A DNA stretch of 64,000 nucleotides from Octopus bimaculoides (Eukaryota): positions 15,466,761-15,530,760 of the forward strand of contig NC_068987.1 of NCBI RefSeq assembly GCF_001194135.2. Reading direction: 5' to 3'. The notes below the pieces were generated by a model. The model had not been told where the DNA came from, did no database searches, and saw only the letters and a program-made list of their open reading frames with translations. A program made the position numbers and the translations under genes. Below are positions 1-13,073 of the stretch, one piece after another (position 1 is the stretch's first letter; every line of letters begins with the position of its first letter).

Positions 1-2229
1 CAGACATTCCAGTTGTAACCATCCCATCTTTTTTCTTTTTTTTTTATCTTTTCATCTTGGACCACGTTATCTAATGCGTTGTTATTGTTTTCTTAAAATA
101 GTAGGGTGTGGTCTTTTCAGTGAGTTTTGCCCCCTATTTCTGGAGACATATAACCGATGAATGGATATCCATCCATGATTACCACTCACCAAATTACCAG
201 GAATAGCAGCAGACCTTATTTCAGCAGTTAAAAATACTAAAAATAAGTGATATAGGAGTTGCAATGAAAAGTTGGAACTCTTATAAGAGACGCTGTTATT
301 TTTGTTTAACCAGAAATCCACCCTGTTTGAGTAAAACTTATGAAAAGCATTCCAACTGGGACCATTCCACCTCATTATTATTCCAGTGTGCTCTTTTATC
401 TTTTTAAGATGATAAAAGGGTGTGATTTCAAGTATACTTAAGACTTTATTATCCAATATGTTTTCCCATTTTTATAAATATGGAAAGATTTCCTTTGAGG
501 CAGAGAATCAGCTGCTATGTCTAGCATTTTGAGGAACCACATAGAGGCTCCTTTTGCACAACATGCATCGGCATCGTGTTTTCATGGTGCATCTGTTGCT
601 GTTACTGCAGTTGATGTTATTGGTGTGTGGAAGGGGAGGAGGAGGAGGTGATGGGTGAATGTAGTTTCTGTTTAGGTGCATAGGTGTGGCTGTTGATGTT
701 TAACCCTAGGTTCACTTTGATCAAGCAGACCTGTGGTAAAATGTGGTCAAACTACAACCTTCCTATCGTTTTTTTTTTGTTTTATTTTAAAATAGCGTGC
801 ATCAAGGATCACATTCCACACTATCCAATCCAATGTTTTCCTTTCCCTTTCGTGACTGTGATTCAAAGGAGATTTCCTTACCTGTGATTCAAAGGAGATT
901 TGGCTGCTATTTCTAGTAGGGTCATTTTGACTACGAAGCAGTTCCTTCAAGGTTGTTTATTCAGCTTTATGTTATTAACCTGTCTTGCTATTAACAGTAG
1001 AAAGAAAAAGGCAGCAGAAAGTGTTGTTCTTCTTGTTGGCATTGCAGTATGTTGCTGTGTCTGTTATCTCCATTTATTTATACCTGTCACCACATGGAGT
1101 GAGAGTAAAAGAGGGAACAGTACCCATGAATTTTCCAGTCCTTCCCACACAGCCGGGGTCGCCTGTAGGGGGTTAATGCATCTGACATCCAGCCTTAACA
1201 TCTACTGGTTAATATCTGTAGTGGAAGGAGGACATGCATTGAGAGGGGATTGTGGCGGTTGGAGCAGTGGGGGTATGGTCTAAACCCTGGTCCCTGATTC
1301 CTTCTCAGTGCACCTGAAGTGGCACTGTTATTGTTGTTATTTAACCCCTAATCAAAAGTATCCTAGCCAAGACTAGCCCTTTTTGTTTGTCTGTTTTTCA
1401 GGCATAGTGAGTCTGAGACTATATAATCAAATGTGTCCCTTTTTTTAAATAAAATTATAGGATTGATTATTAGGAAGACATAAGTGGTCGTGTAAAGGCT
1501 TCCCTCTTCATTTAAGCAAGTAACATGTTGGGCCCATCAGAAGTAGGGATTCTTTTAAGGATAAACAAATAATAGGTACAGGTACATTTCTCCTGTAATC
1601 ACCTGTAATCAGTTGTCTCTGTAAAACATCAGGTCTACAGGAATGAAATGCCTAAAAATTAAAATTAAAATCACCTTAGTAGAATCTGTCACTGCCATAT
1701 TACTGCCACATTCAAAACCATTACAAATTGAAGAAAAGCTGGAGAATGAAGAAAATGGGGCTTCATTTCTCCACTGTTTCTTGTGTTATAAAATCTTAAT
1801 GAAAATGTGTTTAAAGAAACATGACTAATGGATATGACAACAGGCTTATGAGGTCAATAGTTGTGAGTTCAAATACACTGAAGGCTTTTTTTTTTCATTC
1901 TGCTCCGCAGGAGACTTTAAAATTAAAATTTCAATGTCATTGTTTGTATATAATAAATAAATACAACAAAAATAGCAGCCAAATTTCCTTTAAATATCAT
2001 TCATCTTAGTAAAAATGGATGTGTAGTTGTAGTTATTTTTTGTTTAATCCTAGCTTACATCCAGTAGGGCAGATATTGGCTTACTGTTAAATATCTCTTC
2101 AAATCACACCCTGCTTTTTTTTTTTTTTTGTTTAAAGAGAAGAAACAGTGAATAATGTAGTCCCAGATATTCAATACCCAAGGAAAACATGNNNNNNNNN
2201 NNNNNNNNNNNNNNCTAAAACATGTGCGA

Positions 2230-2355
2230 CTGGACATAGCTAAAATGCTGGACATAGCTAAAATGCTGGACATAGCTAAAATGCTGGACATAGCTAAAAT
2301 GCTGGACATAGCTAAAATGCTGGACATAGCTAAAATGCTGGACATAGCTAAAATG
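2230..2355. repeat. 18-bp minisatellite (CTGGACATAGCTAAAATG) x7
   Basis: Seven identical units counted, starting 15 bp after an N-gap and running into a decayed SINE-like sequence. Confidence 0.9.
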
Positions 2356-4029
2356 TTGTTGATCATATACTTGATCAGAGATAACTCAGGGCTAAACAGC
2401 AACCGTACACCCTCCCCAAACATCAAGTCTGAACTATTCTATGATACCAGATATGACAGTCTCACCTGATTCTCAAAGACAAGTGCAATATTGCTGTCTT
2501 CTTAATTAGACATTACTTAAATTTTTACTCTGCTAATTATTAAATTTGAAAGTTACAGTCAACTATTTGGACTGGATTTATTTCTTTTCCTATAATGCAT
2601 CATCATCATCATCATCATCATTTAATATCCACTTTTCCATACATGCATAGATCAGACAGAATTGTTAAAGCAGCTTTTTTTATGCTAGGATGCTCTTCCT
2701 GTTGCTAACCCTCACCTGTGTCTAGGCAAAGTAATATTTTCTATGGAGGACTGGAAATAAACAACACTGCTTGTATGATGGTGATGCTCATTTACAACCA
2801 TCACATAATGCCAAGACAAAGGCATAAGCACACACACATATTTGTGTGTGTATGTGTGTGTCCACACATATATATGATGAGCTTCTTTTAGGTTACATCT
2901 ACCAAATTCGCCTACAAGGCTTCTGTCAACCTGGGGCTATAGTAGTAGGCACTTGCCTATGACACCATATAGTAGGACTGAACCCAAGAACACATGGTTG
3001 GGAAACAAACTTCTCAACTGCTCCTCTCATTTTAGATGTAACAGAATTTACAATGAAAGACAAGGCAGTTTTATGTGTTTCATTTTAATACCATTTTTAT
3101 CAGTTTATTAGTAGAGAAGGGGCAATGGCTGTGGTTTTTACAGGCCCTCACATTTTCATCATTTAATGTCTGTGTTCCATGCTAGCATGGGTGGGACGGT
3201 ACCGCAAGAGCTGAAGCCTGTACCAGACTTCTGTGACTGTTTTGGCAGGATTTTTACAGCTCGATGCCCTTCCTAACACCAACCACACAGCAGCAGACTG
3301 TTGATATTTGTAAGGTCGGTGTGCAATTCTGATTCTGCAGAAAAATGTGGATAGAGCGGAAGTTGGGATTCTGGTTGAGTTACTGACAACAAAGTGGCTT
3401 CCACTGAAGTCTCCAGTGCAATGAAGTGGCAGAGTTGCTTGGCAGAGTCATGGATATAGATGTTATGCTTTCCTATATTTGTGTGCAAAAATGCAACTCT
3501 CTCAGATGTAAAAAAAGAATATGTTTAAAAAACCTGTTTGTAGTAAAACCCTACCATTTTTAGTAACATTAAAAATACATTTCAAAATTTGTAAATAAAA
3601 TTTTTAAAAATGACTTTACGTAAAGTGATCTTCTTACAGACCACCAAGAAAAGAATTATGGTTTTTACTCTAATCCTTCTCGATAGCCTCACTAGCATGA
3701 ATAACACAGTCTCATTAATCAACTACTTCATTCCATTCCTAAGAACTTTTTATTCTCGGTTTTGTAAATGGTGTATCATATCTTTTTTTTTTTTAATGCA
3801 ACTTTTTGTATATTTTAATTTTATACACAACTAGTGAAAAAGAGAGAAAAGCAATATTTATTCTAGTCCTTCACATTCTGATTTCACATTCCTCCATGGT
3901 CACTTTTACCTTTCATCATTCTGGAGTCAATAAAATAAAATACCGCTTTGACATAATCAACTGTTCACTTCTCCACCACCATCACACAAAAAAAAAAAAA
4001 ATTGCTGGGCTTCTACCTTAATTAGAAAT

Positions 4030-4381
4030 TATTAAGGACAGTCAGGTGGACCTGGCATTGACCACGTTCGGATGGTGCGTAAAAAGCACCATCCAAACAT
4101 GGTTGAAGCCAGGTCCACATGACTGGCTCCCGTGCTAGTGACATGTGAAAAGCACCATCCAAACATGGTCGATACCAGTGCTCCCTGACTGACTCCCATG
4201 CCAGTGGCACGTAAAAAGCACCCACTACACTCTCAGAGTGGTTGACATTAGGAAGGGCATCCAGCTGTAGAAACATTGCCAGATCAGATTGGAGCCTGGT
4301 GCAGCCACTGGCATTCCAGACCTCAGTCAAACCATCCAACCCATGCCAGCATGGAAAACAGATGTTAAACGATGATGATGA
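4030..4381 (+). mobile_element. 5'-truncated RTE-type LINE 3' end (3'UTR) with (GAT)n tail
   Basis: Shared tail motif aaaagcacccactacactc...aggaagggcatccagctgtagaaa...catggaaaacagatgttaaac(gat)n, with about two copies of an internal unit upstream. Start approximate. Confidence 0.75.
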
Positions 4382-4554
4382 TAAACTGACAGAATTGTTA
4401 GAATGTCAAAAAATGCCTAGTGATAATTAGTATTGACTTTTTATGTTCTGAGTTCAAATGCTATTGAGGTCAACTTTGTTTTTCATCCTCTCAAGGTCAA
4501 TTAATTAAAGTACCTGTCAACTACTGGGGGAGGTCAATCAATTTGCCCCCTCCT

Positions 4555-4695
4555 TGGTTAAGAAGTTTGCTTTACATCCATGTGATTTGGGGTTCAGTCT
4601 CATTGTGCAACTCCTTGGGCAAGTGTTTTCTGCTATAACCCCAGACCAACCAATGCTTTGTGAGTGAATTTGGTTAGTGGAAACTGTGAGAAGAT

Positions 4696-4727
<32 letters not shown>

Positions 4728-4940
4728 TGAGAAAGAGAGAGATTAGGCAAGTGTATGTATGTCATCGCGTTAGTCTTCTCACTGTTCAACAACTCATATT
4801 AGTTTGTTTACATTTCTCTAGCTTAGCAGTTCAGCGAAAGAGACTGATAGAATAAATACCAGACTTAAAATATGTACTGGAATCGATTTGTTCAACTAAG
4901 GTGGTGCTCCAGCATGGCCACAGTCAAATGACTGAAAAAA
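4555..4940 (+). mobile_element. tRNA-derived SINE (head + CORE-like ccttgggcaag box + (TG)n spacer + 3' domain)
   Basis: Matches other copies at 17911, 28590, 51300 and 58646. The 3' domain ends ggtgctccagcatggccacagtcaaatgactgaaa. Ends approximate. Confidence 0.75.
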
Positions 4941-5399
4941 ATCCATTAAAAGAGTAAATCACGTGATTATATAGAGACTCAATCCATTCTCTTGTATAAA
5001 TACCAGTAATATACCCAGGTTGACTTTACTTCCTTAGTGTTATTGCTTTCACGAAAGGAAACATTTCTTAAGTTGTCCTGGGAATTCAATCTATTGTGGG
5101 TGTGGCATACTTAAGCTCCACCTTAGTTTATTGATTATTTCATAGTGGAGCTGATGCAGAAAATACTGCCTACTGGATATACAACAGCCTTGCCTCAGAA
5201 CCTTACTCCTCTAGATCCAAGACACGCCTTCATTTACTTTGCTTCATGTTTTATCTATGTGAACACCAGCATGGTTGAGGTTAAGACGTTCATTTTGCAG
5301 TCATATAGTCCCAGGGTTTTTAAGGGTTTTGTTTTTTATATTTCTTAGTCAGGAGGGACAGGCACTGCCTATGACTCTTTACAGGGCCTCTCAGACTGG

Positions 5400-5745
5400 T
5401 AGAAGGGTAAAGACTCCCTTTGGTCATGAATGTCCATGAGATTGCACCTAGAAAGTTACCCTCTGAGGCACAAGTCCGGGCAACTTTGTTTATGGAAGAT
5501 TAGCAGTCACCCATGCATACCAGCTTCGACTTCCCCCCCCCCCCCACTGATGTTGTCCAAGGGAAAGGCAAAGGGGCTGATACAGCTCGGTACCAGTGAC
5601 GTCGTAACTCATTTCTGCAGCTGAGTGAACTGGAGCAACATGAAATAAAATATCTTGCTCAAGAACACTACATACAACCTGGCCCAGGAATTGAACTCAC
5701 TACATTATTGTGAGCCAGACACTCTAACCACTGAGCCATGTACCT
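5400..5745 (-). mobile_element. tRNA-derived SINE, second family
   Basis: The reverse strand begins with a tRNA-like head (tggctcagtggttagagtgtctggctc...gagttcaattcctggg). The body is shared with 43430-43745. Confidence 0.6.
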
Positions 5746-5907
5746 TTGCTAGACTGGTGGGTGGGTGAGAATGAGAGAGGACAGTATCCTTAAATCAAAG
5801 ACTTAGTGTGAATGTCAGCAATAGAGTGGACTTCCCTAAAGGCACCCACAAGGTCCAGGAAGTGGTGTTAAGGCAGGCAATGGACTTAGTCTACCATCCA
5901 AATAGAC

Positions 5908-6040
5908 CAGTGGTTCTCAACCATTTATTGCCTATGGACCCCTTTGATTTCTATTTCACTCTACAGGACTCCTCATAGCCATTTGAAGTTTTAAAAAGCC
6001 CGTTATATTTTTATAATTAAATAATATTAGGAATTGTATA
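5908..6040 (+). mobile_element. hAT-like MITE fragment (CAGTGGTTCTCAA terminus)
   Basis: The terminus and the atggacccctttg motif are shared with 9516-9954, 17288-17588 and 55770-56543. Confidence 0.55.
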
Positions 6041-6519
6041 CTCTTTTACTTGTTTCAGTCATTTGACTGCGGCCATGCTGGAACACCACCTTTAGTCGAG
6101 CAAATCGACCCCANNNNNNNNNNNNNNNNNNNNNNNNNNNNNNNNNNNNNNNNNNNNNNNNNNNNNNNNNNNNNNNNNNNNNNNNNNNNNNNNNNNNNNN
6201 NNNNNNNNNNNNNNNNNNNNNNNNNNNNNNNNNNNNNNNNNNNNNNNNNNNNNNNNNNNNNNNNNNNNNNNNNNNNNNNNNNNNNNNNNNNNNNNNNNNN
6301 NNNNNNNNNNNNNNNNNNNNNNNNNNNNNNNNNNNNNNNNNNNNNNNNNNNNNNNNNNNNNNNNNNNNNNNNNNNNNNNNNNNNNNNNNNNNNNNNNNNN
6401 NNNNNNNNNNNNNNNNNNNNNNNNNNNNNNNNNNNNNNNNNNNNNNNNNNNNNNNNNNNNNNNNNNNNNNNNNNNNNNNNNNNNNNNNNNNNNNNNNNNN
6501 NNNNNNNNNNNNNNNNNNN

Positions 6520-6790
6520 CAAGAGCCAGTCCAGGGGCACTGGCAACGATCTTACTTGGCTTGCCGGGTCTTCTCACGCACAGCACATTTCCAAAGGTCT
6601 CGGTCAGTAGTCATCGCCTCGGTGAGGCCCAATGTACGAAGGTCTTGCCTCACCACCTCAGCCCAGGTCTTCCTGGGCCTACCTCTTCCACGGGTTCCCT
6701 CAACTGTTAGGGTGTGGCACCTTTTCACGCAGCTATCCTCCTCCATTCTCACCACATGTCCATACCAGCGCAATCGTCTCTCTTGCACAC
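6520..6790 (-). mobile_element. RTE-clade LINE ORF2 C-terminus, well preserved, 5'-truncated
   Basis: MQERRLRWYGHVVRMEEDSCVKRCHTLTVEGTRGRGRPRKTWAEVVRQDLRTLGL...DRDLWK carries the RLRWYGHV.RM and GRPRKTW motifs of RTE ORF2. The 3'UTR start cgttgccagtgcc follows the stop codon. Confidence 0.9.
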
Positions 6791-7673
6791 CACAACTGAT
6801 GCTTCTAAGCTTCTATGTACCAAATTCACTCACAAATCTCTAATCGTCTGCATGGCAGCTAGACTGAGCCCTAAATCATGAGGTTGGATAGTAAACCTCT
6901 TAGCTATACCGCCATCCTTGCACCTAATATATAAGGAAATAATTATACATTGTACAAACAGACTAGAATGGTTAACATTTACTCAATACTAAGATATTAA
7001 TAAATAAAAGTTAATGGTGAATGAGTTTTAAGAGCACTTGTTATAGTTCTAGCTCTTGAATCCTCTGAAGTAGTGTTTCTAAGGATATATATATATATAT
7101 ATATATCCATAGCACTTACTTAGCGTTACCCGACATCTTTTGGGTCTTCTTGACACCAATATCTCTCATACCCTATATATNNNNNNNNNNNNNNNNNNNN
7201 NNNNNNNNNNNNNNNNNNNNNNNNNNNNNNNNNNNNNNNNNNNNNNNNNNNNNNNNNNNNNNNNNNNNNNNNNNNNNNNNNNNNNNNNNNNNNNNNNNNN
7301 NNNNNNNNNNNNNNNNNNNNNNNNNNNNNNNNNNNNNNNNNNNNNNNNNNNNNNNNNNNNNNNNNNNNNNNNNNNNNNNNNNNNNNNNNNNNNNNNNNNN
7401 NNNNNNNNNNNNNNNNNNNNNNNNNNNNNNNNNNNNNNNNNNNNNNNNNNNNNNNNNNNNNNNNNNNNNNNNNNNNNNNNNNNNNNNNNNNNNNNNNNNN
7501 NNNNNNNNNNNNNNNNNNNNNNNNNNNNNNNNNNNNNNNNNNNNNNNNNNNNNNNNNNNNNNNNNNNNNNNNNNNNNNNNNNNNNNNNNNNNNNNNNNNN
7601 NNNNNNNNNNNNNNNNNNNNNNNNNNNNNNNNNNNNNNNNNNNNNNNNNNNNNNNNNNNNNNNNNNNNNNNNN

Positions 7674-7731
<58 letters not shown>

Positions 7732-8400
7732 TATATTGTTTTTAAGATTTTTTTATTTAATAATTTTTAATTTGAAAAATTGTCTTCAAATATTTATACA
7801 CACATACATACACGCTCACTTACTCACGCATATATGGTGAGCTTCTTTTAGTTTCCATCTACCAAATTCATTCACAAGGCTTTGGTCAGCGCAGAGTTAT
7901 AATAGAAGACACCCAAAGTTTCATGCTGTGAAACTGAACCCAAAATACATGATTGGGAAGCAAACTTCTGAACCACACAGCCATGGTGGCATCTAATATA
8001 AACAGAAACATTTGTGTGATGTACAAACAAATAAAAATAGTTAAAAGGTACTCAGATATTAAGATATAAGTAAATAGAAGTTAATACTACTTAAATTCAA
8101 AATGTGTACACACATACATGCTTATCATAAATGAAGATAAATAGATAATGACACTTCAGTGCATGCTACAAATGTTTCAATGGCATGGCAATTTATTTGC
8201 AGTTAGTATATTATATCATCACCCTTATCAAACTTTCGGAAGATAAAAATTGGCATACATATACATTCTCTGTCCCACCCTACCCCCTTATCTTATACCA
8301 TGAAAAGAATTTCATTCCTTGCCCTTTGCCTTGATCTCTACTAAAGGCTGTTCCTGGAAAATTGTGATAAAGAATGTCTTAACCAGCTGGGGTAGTTAGA

Positions 8401-8693
8401 GGATACGGTACTTTAATCTAAAACACTTTGGTCTAAACAGCTTTAGTCTGAGACACTTTCATCTAAAAACAAAAAGGATTATTAGAGTATAGTTATTTAG
8501 ATCTTTTACATTTTTTTTTTAGATTCTATAGACAAAATAGTTATTAGACCAAAGTGAGTTTAGACAAAAATGTCTTTAGAGGAAAGTGTATTTATACAAA
8601 AGTCACTTTAGGCCAAAGTTCTTTAGACCATAGCACATTAGACTTAAGTGTTTTAGACGAAAAGTCCTAGATCTGTAGTTACATACCATATCC
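8401..8693. mobile_element. Foldback-type MITE with subterminal 15-16-bp repeats
   Basis: Termini GGATACGGTA / TACCATATCC are inverted. About 4 left repeats (acactttggtctaa-like) are the reverse complement of about 8 right repeats (ttagaccaaagtg-like). No TSD seen. Confidence 0.65.
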
Positions 8694-8699
8694 TACCTA

Positions 8700-9500
8700 C
8701 ATCCGGGTGGGATATAACACTACAATGGTGCTGCAAGCACAGCAAGTCTAGAGAAATCTAGACAATCCAAACAAATACACCAGTCCTACTGTAATCCATC
8801 ACAGTGAGATTTCACATTAGTGTTATACAAAAGATGAGAGGCAACGATCATAATGAAGGTGACCTGATTAAGATGTTGGACTTCTAGGTAATTGTCTAGG
8901 AGAGCAATAACTCTAGATAGAATTTTGCATGATGGAAGAATGTATTGTGCTAAACTTCAAAGAAAGCAACTGATCTAGGATAGCAGATGAATTGTGCAAA
9001 GCCTCAGTAAAGGCAACCTGTTAAGGAGAGTAGGAGTAGCAGCTCTGACTGTAAAGTAATACAGTATTGAAGGGACAGTTCAGTCCAGTTAGGTAGTTAC
9101 AATAGAGTATGTGGCATAATAAAATGCACTCAGTCCATGCTGAAAATAGCTTGTGATAGAAAAAGCATGCAGCTTTAAAAAAAAATTAAAAACACCAAAA
9201 GTATGACAGTCACATCAATGAAAAACCCTAATTACAAATACAAGGGTAACATTTACTAAGTTGATATTGCACACAGTGGTGGATTGACCAGGTGTAAGAA
9301 CACCTCAGTTGTTATCAAATGATTGCACAAGCTCTCTTCCTTTCAGCTGCAGAAAATAGGCATCAAACAGCCCAAGCACTTCCAGAAACTGTCTTCTCCC
9401 TATCAGATAAAATACATCAAGGCTGCCACCATCAACATTGGCTTGACGAAAGGTTGGTCTAGAGAGATTTTAGAGGTGCTTGAGCAGAGACAAATGGGTA
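8700..9500 (-). mobile_element. Possible heavily decayed non-LTR retrotransposon (RT) remnant
   Basis: Minus-strand frames give RQANVDGGSLDVF..VLG and LYNTNVKSH, weak echoes of the RT motifs R.Q.V.VDG..S...GVPQGSVLG and LY...VRSHLEY. Many stops. Confidence 0.3.
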
Positions 9501-9515
9501 TATGATGTCTACAAA

Positions 9516-9954
9516 CAGGGGTTCTCAATCGTTTTTTATCTATGGACCCCTTTGATTACTATTTTACTCTGGTAAACCCCCATAGCCATTCGATGTTTAA
9601 AAACTAGTTTTATAGAAACTTCTTTCAAAATTCCTATTTTGTTTTTCACACAATCACTTGCGTAGGTTGAACTATGTGAAATGATAGAGAAAGAAACCTT
9701 GCTGTTTCTTGTAATATGTACCAATACATACATCTAAAGCAAAGTTTTTTCAGGGGTCCTTAAAATACTTAAAATAAAATTGTGGATCCCAAATTAACTA
9801 TGTAGAATATTAGAGAAAGAAACCTAGCTGTTTCTTCCAATACATACCAATACATTTTTCAGGGGCCTTTGAAATACTATTGTGGATCCCCAATTTACTA
9901 TTTTGTTGCATGAACCCCAAAAATCTTATATGGACCCCAGTTGAGAAGAACCTC
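9516..9954 (+). mobile_element. hAT-like MITE with an internal duplication
   Basis: Left CAGGGGTTCTCAA and decayed right gttgagaagaacctc. The segment agagaaagaaacc(t/c)..gctgtttctt..aatac..tttttcagggg..cctt..aaata..tgtggatccc occurs twice (about 9686-9790 and 9811-9890). Confidence 0.6.
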
Positions 9955-10249
9955 ATTCTGATTTCTTACAAACAAAGAACACAATACAAATTCTTCTGAG
10001 GATGCAGTTGGCATTTTATTGTCATAGAAATTGATAGATATAATAATTGAAGATGTCAGAGCATGTGACAGAATAATTAAGCTTACACTAATAGATAACA
10101 TGGCAACACTATCTCTGTATATGAACCACAATCAGGCTTCATAAATAAGTCAAAGAACCTTTTCTATGAGGCCCTCTTGCAGACTAGCTTTAATGATAAA
10201 CAATAGCAACCTTGTTAACATGAGTAGCAACACAATAAATATATTGGGA

Positions 10250-10770
10250 AACATTGATGGAGACTATGGTTATGGTACGCAGAATGAAGTTAAATCAAGT
10301 CTCTTGGAGTTCTGAGTTCTGTAATACAAATAACTTCGCCACATGCAGCACTAACTTCAAGAAACTTGCCATCCTCCAGATCACCTACCATTCAGACAAA
10401 CATGTAAGACAGACAGTCATATTCACTAGGAGTATGAGGAGACAGATGGTTACGAATATGAAATCCTTTGCTGGTGAAATAATACATAGTGCCATGATTA
10501 GTGACATGAAAGTCAAAACTAGATAAACCTAGAAACACAAGACACTCTGGAGAAGGAAAGTAATAGAAGCCGAAAGATCTTTTGGTCAGATGTAGATTCG
10601 AAGAAGTATTAGGTGATGCATATGTTGAGAAGGGACAGAAGATAGGAATGCATAACATAGACGACAGGAAGATTCTGAGACAACTACTGTAAGCCAGAGA
10701 CCAGATCTCTCGACAAAGCAAAGTTCCAACAAGATGGAAGATGACATGTCGGTGGAATGGTAAATAGCAC
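10250..10770 (+). mobile_element. Decayed RTE LINE ORF2 3' fragment
   Basis: Translation fragments such as MHNIDDRKILRQLL and PTRWK resemble the RTE motif RMDD.RIP.QLL..GRP..RWKD. Frameshifted. Confidence 0.5.
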
Positions 10771-12894
10771 CATAAAAGGTAAGAGACAGGCACAGAAATA
10801 ATAGAAGAAAATTGAGAACAAGGTGAAGATGTTGACATTTCCAATAGAAACTACAGTCCTTGCACAAAAAGAACCAAGTAATTCGATTATACCCTACATT
10901 AATTAACTCTGTCTATCACTCACCTCTCACACGCTTGTGACCTTACCTACCCACCCTTCCCAATATTCTGTCATTATTCAATCTTCTACTCACCTACTTG
11001 TACTTTGAGAGTACACCTTGATACCTCATCACCAACACCTTTATGTTTCTTTCCAGCTACTCCTTCCCACCTTTATATAATGATGAGTAGCCATGTATCC
11101 CTTCTACAGCAAGACACTTGTTCGTGGCCCTCTATTATACTTTAACCTCTCAATACTAAGCATATAGTCACCTATAGTCTCTGCTATTCCCCCACTCAGT
11201 GGGTTACATAGCAACCTTACTAGTGCCACACAGAAAGCATCCAGTACACTTTGTAAAGTGATTGGTGTTAGGAAAGGTATCCAGTTATAGAAACCATACC
11301 AAAGCAGACATTGGAGCATGATACAGACCTGTGACCCATCACATCCTGTTGAACCAACCATTGTCAGTATGGAAAACAGTACTTCAAATGATGATGATGA
11401 TGACAATCTCCTTCACTTCCTTGTACTTACCAAAAATGACTGGGGAGTTTATTGCCTGCACATTTTTAATGCTTATTGTATTCACACACAAAGACTATAT
11501 TCTCTGTTAACCTTCCTGTGATACTTTTGTGTCCAAAGCTTGCACTGGATACCACATATGGAATTTTTCTCTCAACACCCTTCTTACTTATCAAGCAAGG
11601 GCATTTCCCTGAAGGGACTTGTGGTTTGTCTGTTTTCCTCCTTACTAGGACTTCAGTTTTTGCTAAATTAACTCTAAGGCCCTTAGATTCTAGGCCTTAC
11701 TTCCACACCTGAATACACACATACATACACACACTTCAATGCATCACTAGACACAATATCATCATAAATACTGTTAACCTATTCATGTTTATGTGTAATG
11801 AAAAATTAAGCCCATCTCATCACATTGTCACCCTTTTAAAGCAAACTGAATAAAAGAAGTGTATTGTTTATTTATATATAACATGAAGTTATATAATCAA
11901 ATATTGTTACATACAAAATGAAAGTGAAGTAAAGCAAGCTGATAAGTAGATATTTAATAGCCATGTAACCTTAATATTACTTATATTGAAAAGAAAAATA
12001 CTAAAAATATATTCACCATTGTTAAAGCAATGAAGTATTAATTCTTAGTTAATTTTCAACCGTTGCAATGCATGCAACAGTTGGATATGTAAAATCTAGG
12101 AATGAACCTGAAACCACATGGTTGCATAGTGAACTTTCTAACCACACAGCCTTATATATATATTCTCATCTTCTGACCTTAATCCCTTTCCTCATTGCTT
12201 TAAAGATTTGGCACCCTGCTTCTCACTTTGCCTGCATCCTTATTATTAATCGTCTCCTAGTTGTCTACTATTCACCTGACCTTTACCCCAACCCCCAATT
12301 TTTCAAAATTTGACTGCTGCCTAATTTAACCTTCCTTTTTGCTATTCCTCAATATTTGATTTTCCTCTTCCTGTAGTTTTCATTAATCTCTCTCTCAACC
12401 AGCTAGAAATAGTATATATATATATTGGAAAATGTAGTTTGAAGTACACTATTTCTTTGAACTTTTATCTGTTATCTTATACTTGTTTCAATCATTGTAC
12501 TGTGGCCATGCTGGGGCACCACCTTAAAGGATGTAGTCAAACATCTCAACCCTACTTCTTATGTTCCTTTTCTTTTAAGCTTGCTACTTAATTTATCAGC
12601 CTCTTTTGCCAAACCACTAAGTTATGAGGATGTAAATAAATGAACACTGGTTATCAAGCATTGGGCAGAAGGAGGGAATACACAAAGACACACACACACA
12701 CACACACACACACAAATATATATCCAAATATAGTTAAATAGGCAATGTGAGTGGATTTGCTGAAAGAAGCCCATCATATATGGGCACATTTTTTAATCAT
12801 ACGGGTGCCATGTTAAAAGCACCCACCACACACTGTAAAGTAGTTGGCATTAGGAAGGGTATCCAGCCGTAGAAACCAGGCTAAATCAAGGACA

Positions 12895-13073
12895 GACAAA
12901 CGGATTAAGTCGATTATATCGACCCCAGTGCATAACTGGTACTTATTTAATCGACCCCGAAAGGATGAAAGGCAAAGTTGACCTCGGCGGAATTTGAACT
13001 CAGAACGTAACGGCAGACTAAATACTGCTAAGCATTTCACCCAGCATGCTAACGATTCTGCCAGCTCGCCGCC
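12895..13073 (-). mobile_element. tRNA-derived SINE, third family (aggcggcgagctggcagaatcgttagc...ctttgcctttcatcctttcggggtcga)
   Basis: Near-complete reverse copy of the element at 22821-23162. Other partial copies lie near 4440, 22560, 37220 and 52765. Confidence 0.75.

Noticed and set aside
82-456. 124-aa minus-strand ORF in non-repetitive sequence
   Set aside because: No recognisable domain, no convincing splice signals, and non-ATG start. It may be a decayed transposon; a BLASTX search would settle it.
856-901. 20-bp direct repeat ctgtgattcaaaggagattt
   Set aside because: A local slippage duplication within a common SINE-like element, with no further structure.
2224-2469. ORF with LDIAKM repeats, and the idea of a CRISPR-like array
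   Set aside because: It is a translation of a spacer-less 18-bp tandem repeat in a eukaryotic genome. There are no spacers and no cas genes.
5146-5273. AG-preceded frame GADAENTAYWIYNSLASEPYSSRSKTRLHLLCFMFYLCEHQH, superficially like the missing upstream ankyrin exon (SG.D, T.LHL.C, LCE)
   Set aside because: Motif spacing is wrong for an ankyrin repeat, there is no TPLH, the donor (gttgag) is weak, and the phase would not join the phase-0 acceptor at 37389. Treated as chance.
8401-8693. Regularly spaced short repeats as CRISPR or iteron array
   Set aside because: The repeats are in two opposed arrays with no unique spacers, which is a foldback MITE architecture.
9347-9453. AG...GT-bounded candidate exon (LQKIGIKQPKHFQKLSSPYQIKYIKAATINIGLTK)
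   Set aside because: No similarity to the expected ankyrin sequence in any frame. It is better explained as the antisense of an old RT remnant.
10392-10844. 150-aa minus-strand ORF
   Set aside because: Antisense to the decayed RTE fragment on the + strand.
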